A stretch of 64,000 bases of DNA from Candidatus Micrarchaeota archaeon (GTDB lineage: Archaea; Micrarchaeota; Micrarchaeia; Anstonellales; Bilamarchaeaceae). The position numbers and the translations under genes were made by a program. The notes under the pieces are model-generated. The model made no database searches. It was not told the origin of the DNA and was given only the letters and a program-made list of their open reading frames with translations. The stretch lies in the NCBI GenBank assembly GCA_041694885.1, contig JBGFRX010000028.1, positions 3,001 through 67,000 of the forward strand, written 5' to 3'. Below, piece by piece: positions 44,221-54,247 of this stretch (positions within the stretch are counted from its first letter, which is position 1; every line of letters starts with the position of its first letter).

Positions 44221-46356
44221 CGATTTCCTGTACTCCGCGTACTCAATCAGCTTCCTGAGCGCCTTCACAGCTGCTAATGGGTTGTTGTAGGTCGGGACTC
44301 CGCTGCCCTCAAGCATTCTCCTCTGCCTTTCAGTATACGCGCCGCCCATTGCAACCACTGCTATGGGCTTCCTCCTGTCATCCGAGGCGCGAATAAGGAC
44401 TTTCAGGAGGCGCTCGTCTATCGGGGGGACCTGGAACAGAATATCTATTATTATCGCGTCCGTGTTTTTGTCCTGCATGAAGGCCTCTATTGCAGCAGCG
44501 TATTTCTCCACTCCTGCATCAGCGATCAGATCCAGGGGATTGCCCACGTTTCCGTAGCCAGGAACGATCTTTCTGAGCGAATTTTCCGTTTTCTTTTCAA
44601 ACTGCGCAAGTTCCAATCCTTCTTCCTCTATAGCGTCTGCAGTAAGCACCCCTATTCCGCCCCCGTTTGTCATTACCCCCAATTTATTTTCTTTCGGAAA
44701 CGGCTGCTCGAAAATCTTCACGAAATCGAAAAGCTCCTCCAAGCTCTCCGCTTCCACTGCTTTCGCCTGCCTGAACGCGGCTTTGTATGCGAGATAATTT
44801 CCTGCGAGATTTCCTGTGTGCGAGCGCGCTGCCTCGCTTGCCTTTCCTGTCCTTCCCGCCTTGAGCACTATTACTGGTTTTTTCGCATTCACCTTTTTCA
44901 TCGTCTCGAAAAGCTTCCTGCCGTTTTTCGCGCCTTCAAGGTAAAGGATTATCGTTTTGGTCTGCGAGTCGTTCTCCAAATATTCGAGAAAGTCCGCTTC
45001 TGAAAGCACGGTTCCGTTCCCGTAGGAGATGAATTTGGAAATACCGACGCCATAGCTTGCAGCAAGATCCACTATCGCGCTTCCCACGCCTCCGCTCTGG
45101 GTTACGAACGCTATAGAGCCCGGATTTGGCCTCTGGAATTTGTAGAAAGGCATGAATATGCTGTCCACTCTCGCATGCGGATTCAGGATCCCGAGGCAGT
45201 TTGGGCCTATGAGCGCGATTTCGTTCTTTTCGCAGACGTTTTTTATCTCGTTTTCCAGGGCGGTGTTTCCCACTTCCCCGAAGCCGCCGGAAAGTATTAC
45301 TACTCCTTTTATTCCTTTTTTCGCGCACTGCTTCAGGATAGAAGGGACGGTCTGCGCTGGCGTTGCAATTATCGCGCAGTCGATTTTTTCCCCTACTCCC
45401 AAAACAGAGGGATAGCATGCGCGGCCCAAAAGGGTTTCGTGCTTCGGGTTTACCGGAAAAACCTTTCCTGCGAAGCCGCCTTCCAGGAAATTTTTCAGGA
45501 TCACGTTCCCCAATTTCTCCGGGTTGTCGCTCGCGCCTATTATCGCAACTGATTTCGCGTTGAATATACTATCTAAGTTTTTCAGGGGCACTGCTGCTTT
45601 TTTTGAAGGAGAGGGAATAATTTTGGTTTTGGATTCCGGAGTTTTGGTTTTGGCAGCAGGACGCAACGCGAAAATTGGAACTGGAGACGCTCCCTTGCCC
45701 TTAAGTTCCCTTAGCGCATCAGAAGCAATCCATCGCGCCGCAGGCGAATCGATTTTCGCCATCTCTGCAGCAGTTTCCATCGCCTGCTCGCGCAGTTTCG
45801 GGTTCCTTTTTCCCATCTGGCGCAAAGCCCAGTTCACCGCTTTTCTCACGAAATTCCTTTCGTCCCTGGACTCCCTGCGCACCACTTCCAGGAATATCCC
45901 GAATTTCGCGTCGCTCGCGTTTTTGTCGTGCACAGCAAGCGCTGCCATGAGCGCAAAGCCCGCCCTTTTTACGAATTCCTCTTTTCTTCCGGCCCACTCG
46001 TACGCTTTCTGATAGGCGAAACGCGTCCTGTCGAACAGATTCGAGCACACCTGGTCGCACACGTCCCAGGAATCGAGATCAGAGGCCCATTTCTCCATCT
46101 GCTTTTCGCTCACCTTTTTCGGTTCGTCCACAAGGGCTGCGAGTATTCTCGCCTCGTGTATTCCTGAATCCCATAACTTGAGCGCGAGCGCATGATCCTT
46201 TCCTGCTTTTTTCGCAATCTCGCGCAGCGTAGGGATGGAAATGCCAAGAGTGTTTTTGGGGTTTATCCCGTAGCGGGCCATCCCTTCGATATTTTTAGGG
46301 TTCCTCATGGACTTGAGCTTCGAGATTATCTGTCCATACGTCAATTTCATAATCAT
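44200..46356 (-). CDS. AlkD-like DNA-alkylation-repair domain fused (or encoded immediately upstream, without an ATG) to acetate--CoA ligase (ADP-forming) alpha subunit
   Basis: Residues 1-230, NPKNIEGMARYGINPKNTLGISIPTLREIAKK...DHALALKLWDSGIHEARILAALV, resemble the HEAT-like AlkD/DNA_alkylation family. A K/T/P-rich linker follows. Residues 260-718 are an ACD alpha with the CoA-binding domain KSVAIIGASDNPEKLGNVILKN and an SGGFGE region. The only candidate start for a separate alpha gene is GTG (V256), with no SD. Confidence 0.65.
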   Translation of the reverse strand: MIMKLTYGQIISKLKSMRNPKNIEGMARYGINPKNTLGISIPTLREIAKKAGKDHALALKLWDSGIHEARILAALVDEPKKVSEKQMEKWASDLDSWDVCDQVCSNLFDRTRFAYQKAYEWAGRKEEFVKRAGFALMAALAVHDKNASDAKFGIFLEVVRRESRDERNFVRKAVNWALRQMGKRNPKLREQAMETAAEMAKIDSPAARWIASDALRELKGKGASPVPIFALRPAAKTKTPESKTKIIPSPSKKAAVPLKNLDSIFNAKSVAIIGASDNPEKLGNVILKNFLEGGFAGKVFPVNPKHETLLGRACYPSVLGVGEKIDCAIIATPAQTVPSILKQCAKKGIKGVVILSGGFGEVGNTALENEIKNVCEKNEIALIGPNCLGILNPHARVDSIFMPFYKFQRPNPGSIAFVTQSGGVGSAIVDLAASYGVGISKFISYGNGTVLSEADFLEYLENDSQTKTIILYLEGAKNGRKLFETMKKVNAKKPVIVLKAGRTGKASEAARSHTGNLAGNYLAYKAAFRQAKAVEAESLEELFDFVKIFEQPFPKENKLGVMTNGGGIGVLTADAIEEEGLELAQFEKKTENSLRKIVPGYGNVGNPLDLIADAGVEKYAAAIEAFMQDKNTDAIIIDILFQVPPIDERLLKVLIRASDDRRKPIAVVAMGGAYTERQRRMLEGSGVPTYNNPLAAVKALRKLIEYAEYRKSLRFSSL

Positions 46357-46359
46357 CAG

Positions 46360-47022
46360 TCATTTCGTCATTCTGACATCAACAATATCGTATCCATTGG
46401 CGTCGAAAATGACCGGGTTGAGGTCCAGCTCCTTGAGGTTTTCCTTCTGGAGGAGCCTGCACGTCGCGAGCATAAGTTCTTTGAGCCCCTGAACGTTTAT
46501 CCCTTTCTGCCCCCTCGCTCCGGTTATTATGGGATGGGATTTAAGTTCTTCGATCATCTCCTCCACGTCCATCTCCGAAATCGGGCAGAGGCGTGCGGAG
46601 ATGTCCCGGAAAATTTCCACATAAACCCCACCCAGACCGAGAATGATCATGTACCCGAACTGGGGGTCTTTTTTCCCGCCTATTATGAGTTCCACTCCCT
46701 TGCGGGCCATCTTCTGCACTAAAACTCCCTTTATGTGCGGAAGTCGTGATTTCCTGTTTCCCGTCTCGCGTTCCGTCGCCTGCTTCACATTCTCCATTAT
46801 CTCGTCGTAAGCCAAGGAGAGCGCCCGGTCGTTCTTAACCCCGGTTTTCACTCCACCCACGTCTGTCTTGTGCAAAATCTCATCTGAAATTATTTTCAGC
46901 GCAACTGGAAAACCGATGTGCTTCGCGATAAGGTGCGCCTCTATTTTATTCTTCGCCCACCCGTAGGGAAGGAGTTTGAATCTGTATCTCTTCAGAAGCT
47001 CGAAGTCCTCCAACATGCCCAT
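46360..47022 (-). CDS. acetate--CoA ligase (ADP-forming) beta subunit (ATP-grasp)
   Basis: 220 aa ATP-grasp fold: KHIGFPVALKIISDEILHKTDVGGVKTGV. It lies 4 nt upstream of the alpha gene. Confidence 0.75.
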   Translation of the reverse strand: MGMLEDFELLKRYRFKLLPYGWAKNKIEAHLIAKHIGFPVALKIISDEILHKTDVGGVKTGVKNDRALSLAYDEIMENVKQATERETGNRKSRLPHIKGVLVQKMARKGVELIIGGKKDPQFGYMIILGLGGVYVEIFRDISARLCPISEMDVEEMIEELKSHPIITGARGQKGINVQGLKELMLATCRLLQKENLKELDLNPVIFDANGYDIVDVRMTK

Positions 47023-47076
47023 GGCTATTGGTAAGAGAGGGAAATTATAAAAATGGCATCGCTGAAGGCAGGCGAA

Positions 47077-47877
47077 CTATGCCCGCTGAAAAGCTTTTTC
47101 ATAGTCCTCTTTGGAGATGCAATTGCTCAATATGAGATAGCTGTCGTTCGGGATTCCGGCTCTTGCATCCAGCCTGTATTTCTCTGCAGTAATGCTGAAG
47201 TTTCTGAGGGTCTTGAGAACCTGGAGTGCGAACAACCGCTGCTCCTCCTTTATAGCATCATTGCCTCCCTCTATTGCACCCCTGTTTTCTATTACCTGTG
47301 CCCCATAATCGAACGCATGCGCGAGCGACTGAGCTGCTCCTGCACTGTTTCTTCTTACATGCTCCTTGTAAATCCAGTCCATCTTGCCGCCAAAAAGAAT
47401 CGGCGAGGCGCACATCGTCTTCAATATGTCCGTGTGCAGCCGCGATGCATGGGAAAAAGCCAGGGTTGCATCCCTGAGATTTCCGGAGAATGCGTAATTG
47501 CTGCCTGCCTGCCTCATTATGAGCGCGCATAGTTCCAGATCCACCTCTTCCAGCTTCTCGATGACCTCGCCAAGTTTTTTCTCTCCGACAGAGCGATTAT
47601 TGGAACGAAGTGCTTGAAGTATTTTGTCTCCTTTTTCCATGATCTCGAGCACGCGGCCAGTTTCCAATCCGTTGCATAACCTTGATTTTGGCAACCGCTG
47701 CGGTGGTTCCACTATGCATAATGGATTTTCGCAGGATTTCGCACCCTTGCAATCCCAATCCAAACCTTTTCCCAGGCCCCAGTTGCGGCCAATGAGGTAG
47801 CGCGGCAGCCGTCGGCAGGGCCCTTCATAGCTCGCGGTTTTTATTTTTTTCTTTTCTATCAGGATTTTTTCCAGCAT
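47077..47877 (-). CDS. hypothetical protein with a Cys-rich N-terminus
   Basis: 266 aa. The N-terminal CRRLPRYLIGRNWGLGKGLDWDCKGAKSCENPLC may be a Zn-binding segment. The remainder is helical with no recognised family. Confidence 0.4.
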   Translation of the reverse strand: MLEKILIEKKKIKTASYEGPCRRLPRYLIGRNWGLGKGLDWDCKGAKSCENPLCIVEPPQRLPKSRLCNGLETGRVLEIMEKGDKILQALRSNNRSVGEKKLGEVIEKLEEVDLELCALIMRQAGSNYAFSGNLRDATLAFSHASRLHTDILKTMCASPILFGGKMDWIYKEHVRRNSAGAAQSLAHAFDYGAQVIENRGAIEGGNDAIKEEQRLFALQVLKTLRNFSITAEKYRLDARAGIPNDSYLILSNCISKEDYEKAFQRA

Positions 47878-48071
47878 TTCAACTCACCCATCCCCTATAA
47901 ATAGTTGCAACAAGTTATATTTTAAGATTGTGTTTAGGGAAAGACAGAACGTTTGAAAAAACACATTCATTCCTTATGCCGGGCTTTGCCCCGCATGCGC
48001 GAGACCATTCCGGATATATCATCTTCCGGTCGTCCCATAGGTTTAATTTGTTGTTGGGAATAAAAAGGATT

Positions 48072-48770
48072 ATGGCTGAAACAAGGAAGACGACAGTGTG
48101 GAGCGCCACGAACAAATGCAATTTAAACTGCAGGTTCTGCTTCGGAAAGGAGGACAGGAAGGAGCTTAGCACAATGGACGCGAAACTACTGATTGCGAAA
48201 ATGAGGAAGATGGGTGCAAAGTATTTTGTTTTTTCAGGCGGCGAGCCGCTCCTCAGAAAGGATATTTTCGAGCTTGCGGGCTATGCGAAAAAATCAGGGA
48301 TGAAAACAATTCTGCATACGAACGGAATTCTGCTGAACAGGGAGAACATTGCGAAAGTTACAGAATATTTCGATGCCGTGAATCTGCCGATAGACGGGAC
48401 TGGGGAAAAAACAAACGCAATGATGGGAAGGGGAAGCCTGAAGCATACGCTCGAAATGCTCGATTCGCTTGCCTGGAAATGTGAAACAAGGGTTAGTACA
48501 ATTGCTACGAAAAAAAATCTGGGCGAGATTGGAAAAATTGCCGGGTTGGTGGGAAAAAGAAAAATAAAAAAATGGAGAATATTCCAGTTTGACCCAAAAT
48601 TGGGCGCAGCTGGGGCGAACAGAAAGGCATTTGAAATAAGCGCTGCTGAATTTTCAAAACTGAAAAAAAACATAAAAAACGGTAATGCTGAGTTTGTTGC
48701 AGCAAACGGCAATTTTGAAAAAAAATACTGGATGGTGGCGAGCGACGGCGTCATCGAAAGGAACGTATAA
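48072..48770 (+). CDS. small radical SAM protein (QueE / RNR-activase-like)
   Basis: CNLNCRFCFG is a CxxxCxxC cluster motif and VFSGGEPLL is the SAM-binding glycine-rich motif. Start at the ATG at 48072, preceded by AAAGGA. The antisense ORF 48281..49300 is a shadow. Confidence 0.7.
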   Translation: MAETRKTTVWSATNKCNLNCRFCFGKEDRKELSTMDAKLLIAKMRKMGAKYFVFSGGEPLLRKDIFELAGYAKKSGMKTILHTNGILLNRENIAKVTEYFDAVNLPIDGTGEKTNAMMGRGSLKHTLEMLDSLAWKCETRVSTIATKKNLGEIGKIAGLVGKRKIKKWRIFQFDPKLGAAGANRKAFEISAAEFSKLKKNIKNGNAEFVAANGNFEKKYWMVASDGVIERNV

Positions 48771-48800
48771 AAAATATGGCTGCCAAACCCTTTTGGTGAG

Positions 48801-49052
48801 ATGATGAGTTTGGGGACAATAATAGCGCTCGCAGTTTCGATTGTCGCAGCAGTAGTGCTGTACAAGATCCTGAAGAAGATAATGCCGCTCATATACAACG
48901 GGCTTGTTGGGATCGCGGTCTTCTGGATTCTGGATATTCTCGGCATAATGAGCGTGAAGATTGATTTATGGACATTCCTCATCGTAGCGATAGGTGGAAT
49001 TTTCGGGGTCGCGGCGGTGATAATACTTACCTGGTTGAATATACCTTTATAG
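48801..49052 (+). CDS. small two- or three-TM membrane protein
   Basis: 83 aa, almost entirely hydrophobic helices. Confidence 0.4.
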   Translation: MMSLGTIIALAVSIVAAVVLYKILKKIMPLIYNGLVGIAVFWILDILGIMSVKIDLWTFLIVAIGGIFGVAAVIILTWLNIPL

Positions 49053-49096
49053 AATTGTTTCGGGTTTCCGGCGTTCGACCTTTCTACCATAATGAA

Positions 49097-50362
49097 ATGA
49101 GTGATATGAGCATGAATTTGCACTGCCTTGGGGCGAGTGGAGAAGTTGGAAGGAGCGCATTCGTTTTGCAGACCGACAAGCGGGTTCTGCTCGACTACGG
49201 AGTGAAGATTTTCGATGAGGCGGGGAAGCCAACATACCCGCTTAAGATAGAGGATATACATCTCGAAGCAGCGTTCATAAGCCATGCGCACCTCGACCAT
49301 TCCGGATTCGTGCCGAACATATACTCATTCTCGAAAATCCCGTGGTATGGGACTCCGCCTACATACGATATTGCAGACATACTCTGGAAGGACAGCATGA
49401 AGATACAGGGCGAGGAACTTCCCTGGAGGAATGCACATTACAAGAAGGCGCTCAAGTACTGGCATCCGCTCATGTACAACCATAAAGTAGGGGTGGGTGA
49501 GACATCGTTTGAGTTCAGAGATGCAGGCCATATCGCAGGAGCCGCGATGATAGATGTGAATTTCAGAGGAAGGCGGGTGCTCTACACAGGCGACTTCAAA
49601 AGCGAGAAGACGCGGCTGCACGAAGGCGCAAAGCACCTTGAGGAGAAGGTGGATACGCTCATAATCGAAAGCACCTACTCCGACCGGGAGCATCCGGAGA
49701 GGAAATCGCTGGAGAAGAAATTCTCGGACGAGATTTACGAGACGATAAACGAAGGCGGAACTGTGCTGTGCCCTGCGTTCGCAGTTGGGCGCAGCCAGGA
49801 GCTCATAAGGATAATAAGAGCGCACCGCAGGGACGTGCCCATCTACTTAGACGGAATGGCGAGGGAAGTTGCAAGGGTGTACATGAAATACAAGAGATAC
49901 CTCAGGGACTACGAGGGCTTCGTGCAGGACATGGGGAGCATAACTTTAGTGGAGTCCATAGAGGACAGAAAAAACGCGACTGAAGGGGGAAGCGTTATCG
50001 TGTCCACTGCAGGGATGATGGAGGGCGGCCCTGCGGTAAATTACGTGAAATACCTGAACAGGGAATCCAAGATAATATTTACCGGCTATTGTGTGGAAGG
50101 GACAAACGGCTGGCTTCTTCAGAACAAGGGCCAATTGAGGGTTGACAAAAACACTTTGGAAGTCGGGCTGCCTGTGGAGTATTTCGATTTCTCGGCGCAT
50201 GCTGGAAGGGGCGACCTCATGGAACTGGTGAAGGAAACGGAGCCGGAAAAAATAGTGTGCGTGCACGGGGATGTCCAACGAACAATCGGATTTGCGGAAG
50301 AGCTCACTGAAATGGGCTATGATGCGGTGGCTCCCAAGCAAGGGGACAAGGTCGCATTATAG
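49097..50362 (+). CDS. metallo-beta-lactamase / beta-CASP family ribonuclease
   Basis: Motif HAHLDHSG plus downstream D and H motifs and a beta-CASP C-terminal region. About 420 aa. The start is ambiguous among M44, M47 and M49 of the long ORF. Confidence 0.75.
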   Translation: MSDMSMNLHCLGASGEVGRSAFVLQTDKRVLLDYGVKIFDEAGKPTYPLKIEDIHLEAAFISHAHLDHSGFVPNIYSFSKIPWYGTPPTYDIADILWKDSMKIQGEELPWRNAHYKKALKYWHPLMYNHKVGVGETSFEFRDAGHIAGAAMIDVNFRGRRVLYTGDFKSEKTRLHEGAKHLEEKVDTLIIESTYSDREHPERKSLEKKFSDEIYETINEGGTVLCPAFAVGRSQELIRIIRAHRRDVPIYLDGMAREVARVYMKYKRYLRDYEGFVQDMGSITLVESIEDRKNATEGGSVIVSTAGMMEGGPAVNYVKYLNRESKIIFTGYCVEGTNGWLLQNKGQLRVDKNTLEVGLPVEYFDFSAHAGRGDLMELVKETEPEKIVCVHGDVQRTIGFAEELTEMGYDAVAPKQGDKVAL

Positions 50363-50511
50363 AACATACAGGAAAGCCAAAACCGCGCAGGGTTGTCCGG
50401 CTATGCCGGACAGACAACGGTCGAAACATCGGCGCTGGATTGGCAAATGTGCGCAGGCACTTTATATGCCGGAGCACATTTGATTTTCGTTCCTGCAATA
50501 AAGAAGAAAAA

Positions 50512-50880
50512 TTATTGCACGTGTTTTCCATCCGTTTCGCCTTCGGCCTCTGCCGGAGCTGCCTCCGGGACAGGGGCAGCGGATTCCGAAACGCTGCTTA
50601 CGATTTCCCCTGTGGCAGACGACCTTCCCATTGAGACGATTTTCACCTTTAGCGTCTGGCCCTGGCTTGCGCCCTTAACGAATATCACGAATCCGTCCTT
50701 CTTTGCAATTCCGTCCCCCCTGCTTCCAGTGGCTTCTATGGTCAAGTCCAGAATGTCCCCTATTGCGACCGGCTTGGGACCGCTGTTGAATCCACTTCCT
50801 CCAAAGCCCCTTCTCCTGAAGCCACCTCTCCTTTCTCCAAAGTCCTCCATTTCATTCACCTTGCTCCTTTTTTCCGGCAA
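50512..50880 (-). CDS. TRAM-domain protein with an RGG-rich N-terminus
   Basis: RRGGFRRRGFGGSGF is followed by the TRAM beta-barrel segment DILDLTIEATGSRGDGIAKKDGFVIFVKGASQGQTLKVKIV. Confidence 0.7.
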   Translation of the reverse strand: MPEKRSKVNEMEDFGERRGGFRRRGFGGSGFNSGPKPVAIGDILDLTIEATGSRGDGIAKKDGFVIFVKGASQGQTLKVKIVSMGRSSATGEIVSSVSESAAPVPEAAPAEAEGETDGKHVQ

Positions 50881-50943
50881 ACGCAGAATTAGAATGTCTG
50901 CACTAATGAATTGCCGGCATCCTTGGATATCTCGCCTGCTGTT

Positions 50944-51807
50944 TTAAACCTTTTTGGGCTGCGCGATTTTGGACAGGAAAACAAATAAGAGCACTGAAAG
51001 CGCGAATGAGTACGCAAAATAAATGATTGATGAGACAATAAAACCAATGCACGGAATGAATGTCAGGATAGTGTAGACGATAATGAATGCGATGTGCATT
51101 CCCAGGATGGCAAGCGCAAAGAGAATGCATTCCACAATATTGTTTCTAAACAGCCCCCAGCTGGTTGCGAGCAGCCAGCGCACCCCCCTCTTCTCGTTTC
51201 CCATGAAGAAAAGCCACGTGCATATCGTAAGCACTGCGGAAAGGGCAGAACTTAAAACCAGGAAGAGCACGACCCAGGCAATGAACGCGAAAAGGAATAA
51301 GGCATTTCCACCTATAAACGAAAGAAAGTCCGCGCCTGAAGGCAAAAGCGAAGGCATCATCAAGAGTGCCAGAGCAGGAAGCACGACTATCAGAACAAAA
51401 ACAGCCAAAATTGCGAGCTGCGCGAGAACAAGTTTGAGGTATGACAGGAAATTCCCCTTTGTGTATGCGACGAGGGATGAGAAGGAAGATCCGCTGAGTT
51501 CAACTGCAGTGTTTTGCGAGGTGAGGTAGCACACCCTCTTCATTATAAGTACGAAGATAAGATTGATGGCGATGAGAAGCGTGAACCATCCTATGCCGAA
51601 CACGAGCAAGAATGCGAGCGCAAGCCAGTTGCTGAGCAGTGCTGCAGGAAAAACCAATATCGTGCTCGAAAAGGCTAAATAGCCGATAATGAAAAACGAA
51701 ACGAGCACGATTGTAAGCGCGATGTAGGCGAGCACATATGGAACGATATTTCTCCAGTTGCTTTTCAGGAGCCCGAATGCTTCCCGGAATACATGCTGCA
51801 CGTGCAT
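50944..51807 (-). CDS. hypothetical polytopic membrane protein
   Basis: 287 aa with 6-7 predicted TM helices. Confidence 0.5.
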   Translation of the reverse strand: MHVQHVFREAFGLLKSNWRNIVPYVLAYIALTIVLVSFFIIGYLAFSSTILVFPAALLSNWLALAFLLVFGIGWFTLLIAINLIFVLIMKRVCYLTSQNTAVELSGSSFSSLVAYTKGNFLSYLKLVLAQLAILAVFVLIVVLPALALLMMPSLLPSGADFLSFIGGNALFLFAFIAWVVLFLVLSSALSAVLTICTWLFFMGNEKRGVRWLLATSWGLFRNNIVECILFALAILGMHIAFIIVYTILTFIPCIGFIVSSIIYFAYSFALSVLLFVFLSKIAQPKKV

Positions 51808-51831
51808 GTGCGGATTCCTTCAACAAAGTTT

Positions 51832-52449
51832 TTATTTTAACATGGTTCCGAAAATGCCGCCTGCGAAAGAGCAAAAGAAGTTCGAAGTTGACTTGTTCCC
51901 TATCCCTTTCTCCTCCAATATTCCGGTAATAGAATCAACCATCCCTCCAAGGAAGCCGCCTGCTGCAACCAAGAGGGCTACGCTCGGCTTTATTCCGAAC
52001 AGGAGCACTGCTGCTGCGCCTATCGCTGTTGCGCCTGCGAAAGACATCAGCGTGCCCATTGCGCTCACTGCACCGCTTGTCCCGGGCTTGACTTCCTTTA
52101 GCGTGAAAAGGAATGTGGGTTTGGTTTTCCCGAGCACGCCTAATTCAGAGCCGAACTTGTCCGCGGTTATTGCAGCCACGGAAGTTATGAAAGGCATGGG
52201 ACCTAAGAGCGGGTGCGCAACTGCGAGAAGTGTTGGAACAGTGCCATTGCTAAGGACGTTTTCCCAGCTCCGCTCGTATTCATATATGCCGAGCTCCCTC
52301 TTTTCCTCTTCCCCATAACGTGTGGCCATCACGGAAATGGCGAGGAAGAGGAGGAAAAGCGCGAGGTATTCCTTTCCTCCGAATACGAGCACGAGCGCGC
52401 CCATCGCTGCCGAGAGCGCCAGCCCTTTCCTGTCGAGCATAACGGACAT
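51832..52449 (-). CDS. DUF92/TIGR00297-like integral membrane protein
   Basis: Start at the ATG overlapping the rtcA stop (TAATG) at 52447-52451. The hydrophobic protein reads MSVMLDRKGLALSAAMGALVLVFGG.... The N-terminal extension of the long ORF lies inside rtcA in another frame. Confidence 0.5.
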   Translation of the reverse strand: MSVMLDRKGLALSAAMGALVLVFGGKEYLALFLLFLAISVMATRYGEEEKRELGIYEYERSWENVLSNGTVPTLLAVAHPLLGPMPFITSVAAITADKFGSELGVLGKTKPTFLFTLKEVKPGTSGAVSAMGTLMSFAGATAIGAAAVLLFGIKPSVALLVAAGGFLGGMVDSITGILEEKGIGNKSTSNFFCSFAGGIFGTMLK

Positions 52450-53417
52450 TATTCCACTCTTATTGCATTGTTTTCCAGGTTTATTTTTCTTTTTACAAGC
52501 TGCGAAATCGCGTACACATTTGTCCGGGCGTGGCTTGTGATTTCGGATGTCCTGAAGGCCGTCTTTCCTTCCGCGAGTGCAGCATATAATAGTAATTGGT
52601 CTGCAAGGTAGCGGTCCACGTCGCTTCCAGCACTCTTTTCCTTGAGAAGGGCATCGAGGCATTCCTGCGCAACCGCTTCGGCGCGCTTTCCTTTCTCGCC
52701 CAATGAGTAAGAGCCGAGAAGGCTGCTCCATGCAACTATAGCGTTCCCCGGCTTGCCTTTTTCTTCGTAGATATGCACGTGCTCTATGTTGTTCTGCACG
52801 AACACTTTTTTTTCACGGATTGCAATGGACACCGGGAGCCCTGAAATGCGGACGATGACTTCTGTGTGCTCCTCCTTCGGCCACTTCTCGTTTCCCTTCA
52901 TTTGTGAAGGGAATGCGGACAATTCCATTTCCCCCTCACCTGTGGGATAAAAACCGCTGCGGATAATGCGTGCGTTTGCGTTTGCGCCAAGCAGGGAAAT
53001 CGCTGACAAAAAGACCTTCTCGAAATAATCGTACGAGGGGCTCTTCATCACGTGCGTGCCACCAGTTATGCGCACAATACTCGGCTTGGACGCAAAAAGG
53101 AGAATCGGAAGTACTGTTTGCGCCACGAGCACGGCCGAGCCGGCTGTTCCGATGTTGAATTCGTATCTTCCTCCGAATATGCTACCTGGCTCGAACGTGA
53201 ATTCCATGCTTCCTATCTCGCAATGAGAAAGCGTACCTCTGCATATGCTCCTGACTGCGCGCGCCGCGGTGAGGTGCTGGGCAGCGAGGCCGGGATTAGG
53301 GCGGTTCGCGCGTATATTCGTGATATGGACTGGTGTTTTGGTTATCGCTGAAAGGGAAAGCGCTGTCCTTATTATCTGGCCGCCCCCTTCGCCTGACGAG
53401 CCGTCTATTTCTATCAT
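52449..53417 (-). CDS. rtcA: RNA 3'-terminal phosphate cyclase
   Basis: N-terminus MIEIDGSSGEGGGQIIRTALSLSAITKTPVHITNIRANRPNPGL is the RtcA signature. The His in the downstream domain is present. Confidence 0.85.
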   Translation of the reverse strand: MIEIDGSSGEGGGQIIRTALSLSAITKTPVHITNIRANRPNPGLAAQHLTAARAVRSICRGTLSHCEIGSMEFTFEPGSIFGGRYEFNIGTAGSAVLVAQTVLPILLFASKPSIVRITGGTHVMKSPSYDYFEKVFLSAISLLGANANARIIRSGFYPTGEGEMELSAFPSQMKGNEKWPKEEHTEVIVRISGLPVSIAIREKKVFVQNNIEHVHIYEEKGKPGNAIVAWSSLLGSYSLGEKGKRAEAVAQECLDALLKEKSAGSDVDRYLADQLLLYAALAEGKTAFRTSEITSHARTNVYAISQLVKRKINLENNAIRVE

Positions 53418-53452
53418 AATGGCTTTAGGCGGATAAAATATTTAAACGAAAA

Positions 53453-54025
53453 TTATTCCCTCGATATACTCAAAATAGTTCCGGTCTCCGCAACAGCCAC
53501 TATCAATGAATAGTTCTTAACTCCTGAAGGGGATACCCAGGTTACCTGCCAGCCCGTGGAATACCTGCTGACTGAAGGGACTGCATCACCCGAAGTTACG
53601 TATGCGTGCACGCTTTCAGTTCCGAAAAGGGTGTGGCTCGCGATTATTGCTTCTTCCTCGAATGCTATGATGCACGGCGTACTTTCGCACACCTTGCATT
53701 TGCTCACTATGTATTCTGGAGGAGAAGGAGCGAAGTTCTGCTCAGGGTAATTGTAATAATAATGAGTTCTTGTGGGGCAGGGGGTGTCCAGCCCGCTGCT
53801 CACCTTTGCTTTTATCGCATAATACTGCGCTCCCTGCGCGTTTGTCCTTGTTTCTGAGGTAAGCACCTCAACTTCGTCTGCATTAGGGAACTTCGTCTTC
53901 AGATCCTCTGCCACGAATTTCTTCGCATCGCTCTCCTCGAAGCTTCCGGACGCGAATTTCATCCCGAGAATAAGTCCTATTACCAAAATGACGAGCGCTA
54001 TTATGACAGTTATCTCCTGTTTCAT
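53453..54025 (-). CDS. hypothetical secreted or membrane-anchored protein
   Basis: N-terminal TM MKQEITVIIALVILVIGLILG followed by a Cys-containing extracellular domain. Confidence 0.45.
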   Translation of the reverse strand: MKQEITVIIALVILVIGLILGMKFASGSFEESDAKKFVAEDLKTKFPNADEVEVLTSETRTNAQGAQYYAIKAKVSSGLDTPCPTRTHYYYNYPEQNFAPSPPEYIVSKCKVCESTPCIIAFEEEAIIASHTLFGTESVHAYVTSGDAVPSVSRYSTGWQVTWVSPSGVKNYSLIVAVAETGTILSISRE

Positions 54026-54247
54026 TGCTACCAGCAGGGCATTATTTAGGGGCTAAATTTATATCCTTATTGCCGCCGTCTATATTGCGTGTTTCTGTGA
54101 AGAATGAGCAGCGAGGAAAGCGTCAACGCGGGCACCGCTCTTTTAATTTCCATGAAATTATATCTTATACAAACGGTTTAAAAACATTGTTTTTCGTGTA
54201 GAATTTGAGTTTTTTAAGCTTTTTATTCATAATTAGTTGCGATAAAG

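Noticed and set aside
48281-49300. 339-aa minus-strand ORF opposite the radical SAM gene and the small membrane gene
   Set aside because: It is low-complexity and Phe/Ile/Pro-rich, and it is antisense to a gene with a CxxxCxxC motif.
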